The notes: generated from the sequence alone by a model not told the origin. DNA of 64,000 nucleotides from an uncultured bacterium (GCA_900547945.1 URIT01000002.1:28503-92502); one strand, 5' to 3'; counted from the first letter of the stretch, positions 1 to 9,240 are shown. A program made the numbers and translations.

Positions 1-255
1 CAGCGTGCAGTAGACGGTGGCGGGCGCCGCCGTGTGGAAATCAATCCCCGGAAGCCGGCGGGCGGCGTCCTTGAGCGCGGCGGCCTCGGCATGGTCGCCG
101 CCGCAGCGGCGGTGGCGGCCCTCGCCGACAATCCGTCCGCCCTGCACGACGACGGCGCCGACGGGCGGGTTCGGGCGCGTGTGCCCGCAGCTCTTCAGCG
201 CGAGCGCCCACGCCCGCGCCATGAACGGCTGTTCCTGGTCTCCTTCGGCTTTCAT
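1..255 (-). CDS. ribD: Riboflavin biosynthesis deaminase/reductase RibD, N-terminal part only (gene runs off the left edge)
   Basis: Own minus-strand translation from ATG at 253-255: MKAEGDQEQPFMARAWALALKSCGHTRPNPPVGAVVVQGGRIVGEGRHRRCGGDHAEAAAL...TVYCTL, a deaminase-type RibD N-terminus. Not in the ORF track because there is no stop inside the window. Lies directly downstream of nusB. Confidence 0.7.
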   Translation of the reverse strand, partial: MKAEGDQEQPFMARAWALALKSCGHTRPNPPVGAVVVQGGRIVGEGRHRRCGGDHAEAAALKDAARRLPGIDFHTAAPATVYCTL

Positions 256-269
256 ACGGGCGCGCCGTC

Positions 270-791
270 TCACGCCCCAGGCGGCGTGAACGTCTCGGCC
301 TTCGGGCTGCGGAGGTCCTTTGCGAGCTTGTCGAGGACGCCGTTCACGAACTTGCCGCTCTTCGTCTCGGAGAAGAACTTCGCGAGATCGACCGCCTCGT
401 TCACGAGAATCGGCGCGGGGATGTCCGGGCAGTGGATCAGCTCCCACGCGCAGATCCGCAGCACGTTGCGCTCCACAGTTCCAAGGCGGTAGAGCGCCCA
501 GTTGCGGAGGAAGAGCTCGATCTTCGCGTCGAGCGCATGCCGCTCCGCCAGCACGCCGCGCACGCGCTCCTCGGCGAACGCCTTCGCCTCGGCGAGCGAG
601 GCCTGGACGCGGGGGTCGGCGTCGGTGAAGACGGCCTTCACGCCCTCTCCCTCGGCCCGCGCCTCGGCTTCAAGCTCGGTCTGCAGTTCCCAGAACACCG
701 GGATGTCGTTCTCCGCCATGAGCGGCGGGTTCAGGTCGAACTGGACGAGCAGCTGCAGCGCCCATTCGCGTCCCTGTCTTCGCGTCACCAT
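270..791 (-). CDS. nusB: Transcription antitermination factor NusB
   Basis: MVTRRQGREWALQLLVQFDL...YRLGTVERNVLRICAWELIHCPDIPAPILVNEAVDLAKFFSETKSGKFVNGVLDKL is typical NusB. Start moved to the internal ATG (789-791); the upstream part of ORF 270..1139 is Arg-rich junk overlapping apt. Confidence 0.9.
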   Translation of the reverse strand: MVTRRQGREWALQLLVQFDLNPPLMAENDIPVFWELQTELEAEARAEGEGVKAVFTDADPRVQASLAEAKAFAEERVRGVLAERHALDAKIELFLRNWALYRLGTVERNVLRICAWELIHCPDIPAPILVNEAVDLAKFFSETKSGKFVNGVLDKLAKDLRSPKAETFTPPGA

Positions 792-817
792 CTTCAATCT
801 TCGGTCCTCTCTGATCG

Positions 818-1351
818 TCAATGTCCCGGGAAGCCGATCACGCCGTCCACGGGGTACTTCGCGAGCTTCACGCGGCCGCCAAGGTCCACGAGCTCGATGA
901 GAAAAGCCATCTTCACGACCGTGGCGCCCAGCCGCTCCACGAGCTTCGCGGCGGCCTCGGCCGTGCCACCCGTCGCGAGCAGGTCGTCGATCACGACGAC
1001 CCGCTGTCCGGGATGGATGTCGTCGCGGTGGACTTCGAGGCGCGTCGTGCCGTATTCGAGCACGCAGTCCTCGGCGATCGTCGCGCGCGGCAGCTTGCCG
1101 GGCTTGCGGATGGGCACAAAGCCCTTCCCCAGGCGGCACGCCACGGGCGCGCCGAAGAGGAAGCCGCGCGATTCCATGCTCACGACAAGGTCGAAGTCGA
1201 CGCCCTCCAGACGGCGGCAGAACGCATCCACCGCGAGGCGGAAGCCCTCGCCGGAGGCGAGGACGCCCGTCACGTCGCGGAACAGGATGCCGGCCTTCGG
1301 AAAGTCCGGAATCGAGAACACATACTCCTCAAGCTTCTTCACGGCTCGCAC
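818..1351 (-). CDS. apt: Adenine phosphoribosyltransferase
   Basis: IPDFPKAGILFRDVT..., VVVIDDLLATGGTAEAA (PRPP-binding loop). About 177 aa. GTG start (an alternative GTG lies 3 codons in). Confidence 0.92.
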   Translation of the reverse strand: MRAVKKLEEYVFSIPDFPKAGILFRDVTGVLASGEGFRLAVDAFCRRLEGVDFDLVVSMESRGFLFGAPVACRLGKGFVPIRKPGKLPRATIAEDCVLEYGTTRLEVHRDDIHPGQRVVVIDDLLATGGTAEAAAKLVERLGATVVKMAFLIELVDLGGRVKLAKYPVDGVIGFPGH

Positions 1352-1357
1352 CCGCCC

Positions 1358-2815
1358 TCATTTCCCGGCCTTCGGCCCGCCGAAGCGCTCGGGGTCCTTC
1401 ATGTTCGGCTCCGTCTCCGAGAAGGCGTAGTCCTTGCCCGGCAGCGCCGCGTTGAGGAAGATGCCGATCAGCGCGCCCACCGCGAGGCCCGAAAGGGAAA
1501 TCTTCGCCGTGCCGAGGTCGAACGTGACCGCGCCCGCCTTCGAGAAGCTGATGCCGAGCGTGCAGACGATCGAGACGGCGCAGATGAGCATGTTGCGCGG
1601 CTTCGAGAAGTCCACCTGGTGTTCCACGAGGTTGCGCACGCCCACGGCGGAAATCATGCCGTAGAGGATGAACGAGACGCCGCCCACGGTCGCCGCCGGC
1701 AGCGTCGTGATCACCGCCGCGAACTTCGGGCAGAACGCGAGCAGGATCGCGAGGACCGCCGCGATGCGGATCACGCGCGGGTCGTACACCTTCGAGAGCG
1801 AGAGGACGCCCGTGTTCTCGCCGTAGGTCGTGTTCGCCGGCGCGCCGAAGAGCGCCGCGAGGAGCGTCGCGAGGCCGTCGCCCGCGAGCGTGCGGTGGAG
1901 GCCCGGGTTCGCGAAGTAGTTGCGCTCCACCGTGGAGGAGATCGCCGAGATGTCGCCCACGTGCTCCATCATCGTGGCGGCCGAGAGCGGCGCCACGATC
2001 AAGACGGCGGAAAGGATGCGCCCCGCGTTGTCCCCCGCGTGCGCGAGGACGGGGAACACCGTCTCGTTCCAGTGGAACGGCAGACCGATCCACGGCGCCG
2101 CGCCGATCTTCGAGAAGTCCACGGCGGCGGATGCCACGCCGCACCAGTTCCCCAGCACGACCGCCGTCAGATAGGAGACCAGCACGCCGATGAGGATCGG
2201 GATGATCTTCACCATGCCCTTGCCGAACACGGACGCCACGATCACCGCCACGATGCCCGCGAGCGCCACCGGCCAGCACGTGGACGCGCTGTTCACCGCG
2301 ACGGGCGAGAGAACGAGCCCGATGCCGATGATGATCGGCCCCGTCACGACCGGCGGGAAAAACCGCATGACCGTCTTCACGCCGAACGCCTTCACGAGAC
2401 CCGACACGACCACGTAGATGAACGCGGCCACGCACACGCCCACCGAGGCGTAGGCCAGGAGCGTCGTCTTGTCAAGCCCCTCCCAGCCCGGCTTGCCCGC
2501 CATCCCCGTCAGCGCGAAGTAGCCCGCGAGGAACGCGAAGCTCGACCCGAGGAACGCCGGCACCATCCGCTTCGTGAGGAGGTGGAAGAGGAGCGTGCCG
2601 AGACCGGCGAAGAGAAGCGTGGACGAGACGCTGAGCCCCGTCAAAAGCGGCACGAGCACCGTCGCGCCGAACATGGCGAACAGGTGCTGCACGCCGAGGA
2701 GCCCCATCTTCGGGAGCCCCAGCACGCGGGCGTCGTAGATGGCGTCCGAAGGCGCCCCCGCGTTCGTTGATTCCGTTCCATGCGCCTGCGGCGCCCTCTC
2801 CTGTTCCCGTTCCAT
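1358..2815 (-). CDS. NCS2-family uracil/xanthine-type nucleobase permease
   Basis: LLGVQHLFAMFGATVLVPLLTG and a polytopic hydrophobic profile, about 485 aa. The start could also be the internal MGLLGVQ. Confidence 0.85.
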   Translation of the reverse strand: MEREQERAPQAHGTESTNAGAPSDAIYDARVLGLPKMGLLGVQHLFAMFGATVLVPLLTGLSVSSTLLFAGLGTLLFHLLTKRMVPAFLGSSFAFLAGYFALTGMAGKPGWEGLDKTTLLAYASVGVCVAAFIYVVVSGLVKAFGVKTVMRFFPPVVTGPIIIGIGLVLSPVAVNSASTCWPVALAGIVAVIVASVFGKGMVKIIPILIGVLVSYLTAVVLGNWCGVASAAVDFSKIGAAPWIGLPFHWNETVFPVLAHAGDNAGRILSAVLIVAPLSAATMMEHVGDISAISSTVERNYFANPGLHRTLAGDGLATLLAALFGAPANTTYGENTGVLSLSKVYDPRVIRIAAVLAILLAFCPKFAAVITTLPAATVGGVSFILYGMISAVGVRNLVEHQVDFSKPRNMLICAVSIVCTLGISFSKAGAVTFDLGTAKISLSGLAVGALIGIFLNAALPGKDYAFSETEPNMKDPERFGGPKAGK

Positions 2816-2870
2816 CGCTTCTTCTCCTTATTTTCAAAGATCTCCGTGTCGTTCCAGTCCCTCGCCCGCC

Positions 2871-4277
2871 TCACATGAGCGCGTACTTCGCGATGAAGAC
2901 GACGGTGAGGACGTACATGATCCAGTGGATCTTCTTCGTCTTGCCCGCGATGAGGTTGATGAGCGTGTAGGAAATGACGCCCGCCATGATGCCGTCCGAA
3001 ATCGAATACGAGAACGGCATCACCGCGACCGTCAGGAACGCGGGGATCGCCTCGCCGGCGTCGTTGAAGTCGATCTCGACGACGGACGAGAGCATCAGGT
3101 AGCCGACGATGATGAGCGCGGGGGCCGTCGCGAAGGCCGGCACCGCGAGGAAGATCGGGGCGAAGACGATCGCCGCGAGGAAGAGGACGGCCGTCGTCAC
3201 GCCCGTGAGGCCCGTCCTGCCGCCCACCATCACGCCCGAGGCGGACTCGACGTAGGTCGTCGTGGTGGAGGTGCCGAAGACGGCGCCGACCGAGGTCGCG
3301 ATCGCGTCCGCGCACAGGGCGCCCGAGATGCGCGGCAGCTTGCCCTCCTTCGTGAGGAAGCCGCCCTTCATCGAGACGCCGATCAGCGTCCCCAGCGTGT
3401 CGAAGAGGTCCACGAAGAAGAACGCGAACATGACGACGAAGAAGTCGAGTCCCTTGACGAGCGCCCAGCCCGTGTTCGGATCGCCCTTGTGCGTCCAGCC
3501 CGCCGGGTCGAACACGGCGCAGAAGGTCTGCTTGAACTGCGCGAACGAGTCGGCGATGCCCGCGAACGTGAGGACCGGGTAGAGCGAGAAGTAGCCCTTT
3601 TCCGCATCCGGCACGTAGACGCCCAGAGCCTGGCAGAACATGCCGAGCCCCCAGGTGAGGAAGATGCCGAAGAGGATCGCCCCCTTCACGCGGTGCGCCA
3701 TCATGACGCCCGTGAAGACCGTCCCGACGATCGCGAGGAGCGCGCAGATGCCCTGCGTGTGGAACGGCGCGTTCTTGAAGCTCACGAGCCCCACGAGCAC
3801 GGCGTCGTTGTTGACGATGATCTTCGCCGTCTGCAGCGCGATGAAGCAGATGAAGAGGCCGATGCCGGCCGCCACCGCCTTCTTGAGCGTGAACGGGATG
3901 CAGTTGAAGATCGCCTCGCGGACGGGCGTCAGGGAGAGCGCGAGGAACACAAGGCCCTCCACGAACACCGCGAGGAGCGCGAACTGCCAGCTGTAGCCCA
4001 TGCCGAGGCAGACGCCGAAGGTGAGGAACGCATTGAGGCCCATGCCCGGCGCGAGCGCGAACGGGTAGTTCGACATGAACGCCATCAGCAGCGTGCCGAC
4101 AACGGCGGCCAGGCACGTCGCGATGAACACGCCCCCGCGCGGGATGCCCGCCACCGAGAGGATGTTCGGGTTCACGGCGAGGATGTACGCCATCGTCATG
4201 AACGTCGTGAGGCCCGCGACGAGTTCGGTCCTGACCGTCGTCTTGTTCTCGTCGAGCTTGAACAGTTTCTTGAGCAT
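2871..4277 (-). CDS. NCS2/AzgA-type adenine-guanine-hypoxanthine permease
   Basis: N-terminus MLKKLFKLDENKTTVRTELVAGLTTFMTMAYILAVNPNIL is characteristic of AzgA/PbuG-type purine permeases. 468 aa. Confidence 0.88.
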   Translation of the reverse strand: MLKKLFKLDENKTTVRTELVAGLTTFMTMAYILAVNPNILSVAGIPRGGVFIATCLAAVVGTLLMAFMSNYPFALAPGMGLNAFLTFGVCLGMGYSWQFALLAVFVEGLVFLALSLTPVREAIFNCIPFTLKKAVAAGIGLFICFIALQTAKIIVNNDAVLVGLVSFKNAPFHTQGICALLAIVGTVFTGVMMAHRVKGAILFGIFLTWGLGMFCQALGVYVPDAEKGYFSLYPVLTFAGIADSFAQFKQTFCAVFDPAGWTHKGDPNTGWALVKGLDFFVVMFAFFFVDLFDTLGTLIGVSMKGGFLTKEGKLPRISGALCADAIATSVGAVFGTSTTTTYVESASGVMVGGRTGLTGVTTAVLFLAAIVFAPIFLAVPAFATAPALIIVGYLMLSSVVEIDFNDAGEAIPAFLTVAVMPFSYSISDGIMAGVISYTLINLIAGKTKKIHWIMYVLTVVFIAKYALM

Positions 4278-4310
4278 GTCGTTCTTCTTTCGTTGTGGTT
4301 GGTCAATCCA

Positions 4311-4604
4311 TCAGGCCAGCGTGAGGATGCCGCTGAAGCCCGTGATGTCGAGGACTTCCCGCACGGCCGGCTGGACGCCCACGATGGTCATCGAACCGCC
4401 GCCCGCCATCATCGTCTTCTGGGCGGTGAGGAGGCAGCGGAGGCCCGCCGAGCTCATGTAGGGGACGCCGGCGAGGTCGAGCGTCAGCGTCTCGGTCCCC
4501 TCCAGCTTCAGCCCGGCGTCCAGCTCCGGCGCCGTCGTCGTGTCCACGCGGCCCGTCACCGAAATGACCGTCCGCCCGCCTTCCGTCTTCTTGGCAATGT
4601 CCAT
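4311..4604 (-). CDS. STAS-domain anti-sigma-factor-antagonist-like protein (SpoIIAA/RsbV type)
   Basis: 97 aa, single STAS fold pattern with a candidate phosphorylatable Ser in PYMSSAGLRCLL. Confidence 0.85.
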   Translation of the reverse strand: MDIAKKTEGGRTVISVTGRVDTTTAPELDAGLKLEGTETLTLDLAGVPYMSSAGLRCLLTAQKTMMAGGGSMTIVGVQPAVREVLDITGFSGILTLA

Positions 4605-4647
4605 GTTCTGTCCTACCTCTTTGAGATCCTTGTTTTCCGGTTCCGCG

Positions 4648-6651
4648 TCATGTCCCGTACGTCAGCCCCATCGTCAGCACGTTGTGTCCGCACCGTCGCG
4701 AGTAGGTGACGGGGGACATCGTCTTCTTCACGATGAGGATGCCCATGCCGCCGACCGTGCGCTCCTCGGCGGAGAGGGTCGTGTCGGGGTCGCGCTTCGC
4801 GAGCGGGTCGAACGGCGTGCCGTCGTCCGTGAAGACGAGCCGCACGCTGTCGGGATGCCGCGAAAGCTCCACGCGCAGCGACCAGGCCGTCGCGCCCGAA
4901 TAGCGCACGATGTTCGCGAAGATTTCGTCCGCCGCGACCATGAGCGTCATCTGCTGCCGCGGCGGGACGTCCGCGAGCGCGGCCTCCAGGTCCGCCGTCG
5001 CCTGCTTCAGGCCCTCCATCGTCGGCTTGTAGGCGTGCTCGACGGCCTCGGCGCAGCCCCGGTAGCGGAGCGCGAGCTGCGTGCAGTCGTCCGCCTGCTC
5101 GACCGCGCCGGCGTGCGCGGCGACGGCCGCGAGCACCTTCTCCAGAAGCTCCTGCTGGCGCGGCGGCGCGGCCTTGAGGATGTCGAGGAGGCGCGCCTCG
5201 CCGAACAGCTCCCCGGCGGCGTTCGGCTGCTCGGTGATGCCGTCCGTGTAGAGGTAGAGCGCGTCGCCGGGGGCGAGCCGCACCTCGTGGCTGCGGTAGG
5301 GGACGCCCGCCATCGCGCCGAGGACGAGCCCGGGCGTGCCGCGCAGGTAGGTGACCGCCCCCGCGCTCCGCCAGGCGGGCGGATTGTGGCCCGCGTTCAC
5401 GTAGACGACGACGCCCGTGTCGAGGTGGAGTTCGCCGATCCAGGCCGTCACGAACATGTTCGCCTCGTTTCCCTCGCAGAGGGCGTCGTTCGTCTCGGCG
5501 ACGACCTGGGCGAGCGGCTTGCCCGTCTGGGCCGCGCCCTTCAGGAGCGTCTTCGCGCGCATCATGAACATCGCCGCCGGCACGCCCTTTCCGCTCACGT
5601 CGGCGACGAGGAAGACGAGCGTCTTCGGGCCCGTGAAGTAGAAGTCGTAGAAGTCGCCGCCGACCTCCTTCGCCGGCTTCATGCCCGCGTAGACGTCGAA
5701 CGCCGTCTCGTCCGGGAACGGCGGGAAGACGCTCGGCATCGCGGAAGCCTGGATGTCCGCCGCCATCTTGAGGTCGCGTTCGGTCTGCTCGCGGATCTGC
5801 CGCCGCACGAACGCGGAGATGACGAACCCGACGAGAATGGCGACGAACGCGAGCGCGACGGCGTTGAGGACGGCCGTCGCGCCGATGAGGACGTTGCGCG
5901 TGACGGCGGCGGCGGCCCGCGGGATCATCACGTAGACGGGGAAACTGTCGATCTCGCGCCGCTTCCAGTGGAAGCCGGCCTCCGGCCCCGTCCACAGCGT
6001 CCCCTCGCGGTTCGGACGGGCGTAGTCGGAGAGGACGAGGTCGGACGGCGTCGTGACGACGATGCCGCCCGTCCCGCCGACGTGCCAGTTGCGGGAGAGG
6101 CCGACGAGCGACGAGCGCGCGAGCGCGCGCAGCGAGGCGCCGTCGCAGCCGATCTCGACGAAGCCGCCCTCGGGCCGCCACACGCCAACGTACTTGCGCC
6201 AGGAGCCCCTGGCGGAATTGGGCTGGAAGGCCTGGCAGAACTCCGTGACCTGCCCGTCGATCAGGCACATCATCTCGGCCGCCTGCCCCTCCGCCTTCGT
6301 GAAGTCGAAGCCGAGGTAGACGGGCTCGGAGGACTGGACGATGACGCCCTTCGCGTCGGCGATGCAGATCTCGGTGAGGCGCAGCTCGCGCGCGAGGGCG
6401 CGCAGGGAGAGGACGTCCGTCTTCGCGCCGTCCTCCAGGCGCTCGCGCACCGCCATCGCCTGGCGGACGAGGCGCGCGTTGACGCGCGAGCGGATCTCCA
6501 TCTCCACGTCCGAAAACGCGCTGTCGATGAGGCGGTCGGCCTCGCGCGCGGCCAGGCGGTCGTGGACAAACCACGTCACCGCCATCGAGACGGCGAAGGC
6601 GAGGACAATGCTCAGCGCGAGCTTGAGGTTCAGGCTGCGGCGTGCGGTCAT
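4648..6651 (-). CDS. Membrane sensor with SpoIIE/PP2C phosphatase domain fused to an RsbW/SpoIIAB-like HATPase (kinase) domain
   Basis: TM1 near the N-terminus, a roughly 230-aa extracytoplasmic region, then TM2. PP2C motifs GGDFYDF, VADVSGKGVPAAMFM, LYLYTDGITE. C-terminal ADEIFANIVRYS...DDGTPFDP...GGMGILIVKK resembles anti-sigma Ser kinases. ATGA overlap with the upstream SBP gene. Confidence 0.85.
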   Translation of the reverse strand: MTARRSLNLKLALSIVLAFAVSMAVTWFVHDRLAAREADRLIDSAFSDVEMEIRSRVNARLVRQAMAVRERLEDGAKTDVLSLRALARELRLTEICIADAKGVIVQSSEPVYLGFDFTKAEGQAAEMMCLIDGQVTEFCQAFQPNSARGSWRKYVGVWRPEGGFVEIGCDGASLRALARSSLVGLSRNWHVGGTGGIVVTTPSDLVLSDYARPNREGTLWTGPEAGFHWKRREIDSFPVYVMIPRAAAAVTRNVLIGATAVLNAVALAFVAILVGFVISAFVRRQIREQTERDLKMAADIQASAMPSVFPPFPDETAFDVYAGMKPAKEVGGDFYDFYFTGPKTLVFLVADVSGKGVPAAMFMMRAKTLLKGAAQTGKPLAQVVAETNDALCEGNEANMFVTAWIGELHLDTGVVVYVNAGHNPPAWRSAGAVTYLRGTPGLVLGAMAGVPYRSHEVRLAPGDALYLYTDGITEQPNAAGELFGEARLLDILKAAPPRQQELLEKVLAAVAAHAGAVEQADDCTQLALRYRGCAEAVEHAYKPTMEGLKQATADLEAALADVPPRQQMTLMVAADEIFANIVRYSGATAWSLRVELSRHPDSVRLVFTDDGTPFDPLAKRDPDTTLSAEERTVGGMGILIVKKTMSPVTYSRRCGHNVLTMGLTYGT

Positions 6652-7385
6652 TTCGCCTTCCCCTCCGCAATGACGGCGTTCGCGGCGGCCAGCACGTCCG
6701 GACGGCGCCGGTTGACGGCGACGCCGTAGCCCTCGCGCGTTTCGAGGGGGGAGGCGACGAGACGCCCGCCGGACTGCGCCGCCCAGCTCCTAAGGGGCAC
6801 GGCGTCGAAGAAGATCGCGTCCACCTCGCCCCGCCTCAGCGCGGCCACGGCGTCCGTCACGCGCGCGAAGCGCACCGGGTCCGCCCCGTGGTTGCAGAGG
6901 TAGAGGTCGCCCGTCGTGCCGGGCTCGGCGCCCACGCGGAGGGACGCGATCTGCGACATGCGCGGGCGCGGACCGTCCGCCCGGTAGAGGAAGCAGTTCC
7001 CGCCCGTCGCGTAGGGGACGGAGAACTCGACGTCGCGCCGCCGCGCCTCGGTGATCGTGATCGTCGCGATGCCGAAGTCGGCCGTCCCGGCCTTGAGCCG
7101 CGGGATGATCTCCTCGAAGGCGACGGCCTCGACGACGAGCGGACGCGCGAGACGCGCGGCGATGCGCCGCGCGAGATCGACGTCCGTCCCCTCGCACTGC
7201 CCCGCCGCGTTCGTCCAGCAGCACGGCGGCGTCGTCGGGTGCGTGAGGAAGACGAGCGGAGCCGACGGATCGACGACCGGCGCGGCCGTGTCGGAACACC
7301 CCGCGACGAACAGCCCGACCAGCGACAGCAGGAGGGAGAGACGGAGCATCGGGGACAAGAAGGACATGGCGCGCCAACCGGTCAT
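6648..7385 (-). CDS. Family-3 periplasmic solute-binding lipoprotein (amino-acid ABC-type SBP fold)
   Basis: Lipobox LFVAGC. GTDVDLARRIAARL...IIPRLKAGTADFGIATITITEARRRDVEFSVPY is SBP_bac_3-like. No cognate permease or ATPase is adjacent. Confidence 0.8.
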   Translation of the reverse strand: MTGWRAMSFLSPMLRLSLLLSLVGLFVAGCSDTAAPVVDPSAPLVFLTHPTTPPCCWTNAAGQCEGTDVDLARRIAARLARPLVVEAVAFEEIIPRLKAGTADFGIATITITEARRRDVEFSVPYATGGNCFLYRADGPRPRMSQIASLRVGAEPGTTGDLYLCNHGADPVRFARVTDAVAALRRGEVDAIFFDAVPLRSWAAQSGGRLVASPLETREGYGVAVNRRRPDVLAAANAVIAEGKAK

Positions 7386-7388
7386 TTT

Positions 7389-8009
7389 CTACAGCGTTCC
7401 GAAGATGCGGTCGCCCGCATCCCCCAGACCCGGCACGATATAGTAGTGCGCGTTCAGCCGCTCGTCCTTCGCCGCCGTGTAGACGGGCACGTCGGGATGA
7501 TGTTCCTCGAAGTGCGCGATCCCTTCCGGCGCGGAGACGAGGTTGAGGAAGATGATCTTCTTGTAGCCGAGTTTCTTGAGCTGCCCCACGGCGTCGACGG
7601 CACTACCGCCCGTCGCGAACATCGGATCGATCACGATCGCGAGTTCGTCGTCCTTCGCCGGCGGCACCTTCGCGTAGTAGGGCACGGGCTCCGCCGTCTC
7701 CTCGTTGCGCTGCATCCCAAGCACGCCCACCTTCGCGTAGGGGAGGACATGGAGCATCGCGTCCAGCATTCCCATGCCCGCGCGGAGAATCGGCACGAGG
7801 ACGATCCGCTCGTCGATCCGCCGCCCCGTTGTCTTCGCGACGGGCGTCTGCACCTCGACGGGCTTCGTGCGAAGATCCTTCAGCGCCTCGAACGCCAGGA
7901 ACTCGGTGATCTCGTTCACAAGCTCTCGGAACAGCTTCGGGGGCGTCGACTGGTCGCGCATGAGCGTCATGCGGTGGTCGACGAGGGGATGGTGGAGAAT
8001 CGTGGTCAT
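7389..8009 (-). CDS. upp: Uracil phosphoribosyltransferase
   Basis: HPLVDHRMTLMRD..., ILRAGMGM, IVIDPMFATGGSA, YIVPGLGDAGDRIFGT. 206 aa. Confidence 0.93.
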   Translation of the reverse strand: MTTILHHPLVDHRMTLMRDQSTPPKLFRELVNEITEFLAFEALKDLRTKPVEVQTPVAKTTGRRIDERIVLVPILRAGMGMLDAMLHVLPYAKVGVLGMQRNEETAEPVPYYAKVPPAKDDELAIVIDPMFATGGSAVDAVGQLKKLGYKKIIFLNLVSAPEGIAHFEEHHPDVPVYTAAKDERLNAHYYIVPGLGDAGDRIFGTL

Positions 8010-8013
8010 GGAG

Positions 8014-8120
8014 AATTAAGTGGTTAAGTAGTTAAGTGGTTAAGTAGTTAAGTGGTTAAGTGGTTAAGTGTTAAGTGGTTAAGTAGTTAAATTATTAAAT
8101 GGTTAAATGGTTGAATTATT
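8014..8120. repeat. Tandem array of about 12 eight-bp units GTGGTTAA/GTAGTTAA (decaying at the right end), directly abutting the upp start codon
   Basis: Read directly: aattaagtggttaagtagttaagtggttaagtagttaagtggttaagtggttaagtgttaagtggttaagtagttaaattattaaatggttaaatggttgaattatt. Confidence 0.9.
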
Positions 8121-8259
8121 TTCTGGGCTGGGTTAAGAGGGGGAGCGAAACGGGGAGGGCCGCGCTTGTCGCGGCCGGGGGTCTGCAATAACGAGAGGCG
8201 GAAAGGGAACCCTCCCCCTTCCGCCCGTCGTATGTTCACGGCTTCACGTGCAGCGTCCC

Positions 8260-9165
8260 TTAGAATTTGACGGTGATGCCGAAGCCGCCCCAGGCGAAGT
8301 CCTTGTACTGGCCGTAGTCGGCGCCCGAACCGTGGTCGGCCGCGTCGCGCAGGTCGCTGTCGATGATCGAGCAGTAGGCCACCTTCGCGAAGAGGCCGAA
8401 GTGTTCCGTGAGCTGGTAGTTCGCGTCGAGCATCCACTTCATCGTGGCCATGCCGCCGTTGTGGAACTCCGTGAAGCCCGCCGTCGGGAAGCACCAGTTG
8501 TAGCGGTGGTCGCGGTAGACGAACGTGACGGACGGCGTGAGCGTGAGCTTGTCGCAGGGCTTGAACGCGCGCTTGACGCCGAACTGGATGAGGTCGGCGT
8601 TGTTCTCGTGGTACTCATGCACGAAGTCGACGAACGGCACGAGGTAGGGGTTGAGGAGGGCGAGCGAGTGGTTGAAGTCCATCGTCGTCGCCGTCGAGCC
8701 GTTCATCTTGTGGTGGCGGCGGTGGGGATAGTAGTACCACACGACCGACGCGCGGTAGTCGAGACCCCACGTGTCGTTGTCGTCGAACCAGAACGTCTTG
8801 CCGTAGTGGACGTTGTAGTCCCATTCGTTGAACGCCTTACCGTAGCTGTCGCGGCGCTTGTCCGTCAGGTCGGTGTTCGACCACACGCCCACGCCGAGGT
8901 AGCCAAGATTGCCAAAATAGTCGATTTCGCCAGGAATGTTGAAGTTGATTTCCACGTACCCCTGCATCGTCGGCTCGGAGTTGACGAGCGAACCGTAGAG
9001 CTGGTAGCCCGAGTACATGCCGTAGTTGCCGGAGCCCCACACGATGGGATCGTCCGACTTCTCCAGCACCGGCTCCGCCTCGGCGTTTTCGGTCTTGGTC
9101 TCCGCTTCCTGCGCACACACCACGCCGGCCGTCAGGACGGCGGCGACGATCATCAACTTCTTCAT
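8260..9165 (-). CDS. Secreted outer-membrane beta-barrel (porin-like) protein, family unknown
   Basis: Signal peptide MKKLMIVAAVLTAGVVCAQE. Aromatic/Gly/Asp-rich alternating pattern and a C-terminal ...GGFGITVKF (terminal Phe). Start moved to the internal ATG at 9163-9165. Confidence 0.6.
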   Translation of the reverse strand: MKKLMIVAAVLTAGVVCAQEAETKTENAEAEPVLEKSDDPIVWGSGNYGMYSGYQLYGSLVNSEPTMQGYVEINFNIPGEIDYFGNLGYLGVGVWSNTDLTDKRRDSYGKAFNEWDYNVHYGKTFWFDDNDTWGLDYRASVVWYYYPHRRHHKMNGSTATTMDFNHSLALLNPYLVPFVDFVHEYHENNADLIQFGVKRAFKPCDKLTLTPSVTFVYRDHRYNWCFPTAGFTEFHNGGMATMKWMLDANYQLTEHFGLFAKVAYCSIIDSDLRDAADHGSGADYGQYKDFAWGGFGITVKF

Positions 9166-9240
9166 GACTATCCCTTTTATGGTTTGTGGGCCCCGTGCCA
9201 TCTTCGCACGGAGCCGTTGAAAGAAAGATGGGGATAGTCT

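Noticed and set aside
821-2770. 649-aa plus-strand ORF (and similar ones at 432..1430 and 1329..2435) overlapping apt and the uracil permease
   Set aside because: Extremely Arg/Glu/Asp/His-rich low-complexity translation, typical of open antisense frames in G+C-rich DNA. The opposite strand encodes clearly recognisable proteins.
8014-8120. Possible CRISPR array (also considered for the heptamer arrays at 14417 and 29180)
   Set aside because: The units are only 7-8 bp and contiguous, with no spacers, and no cas genes are present. These are microsatellite-type tandem repeats.
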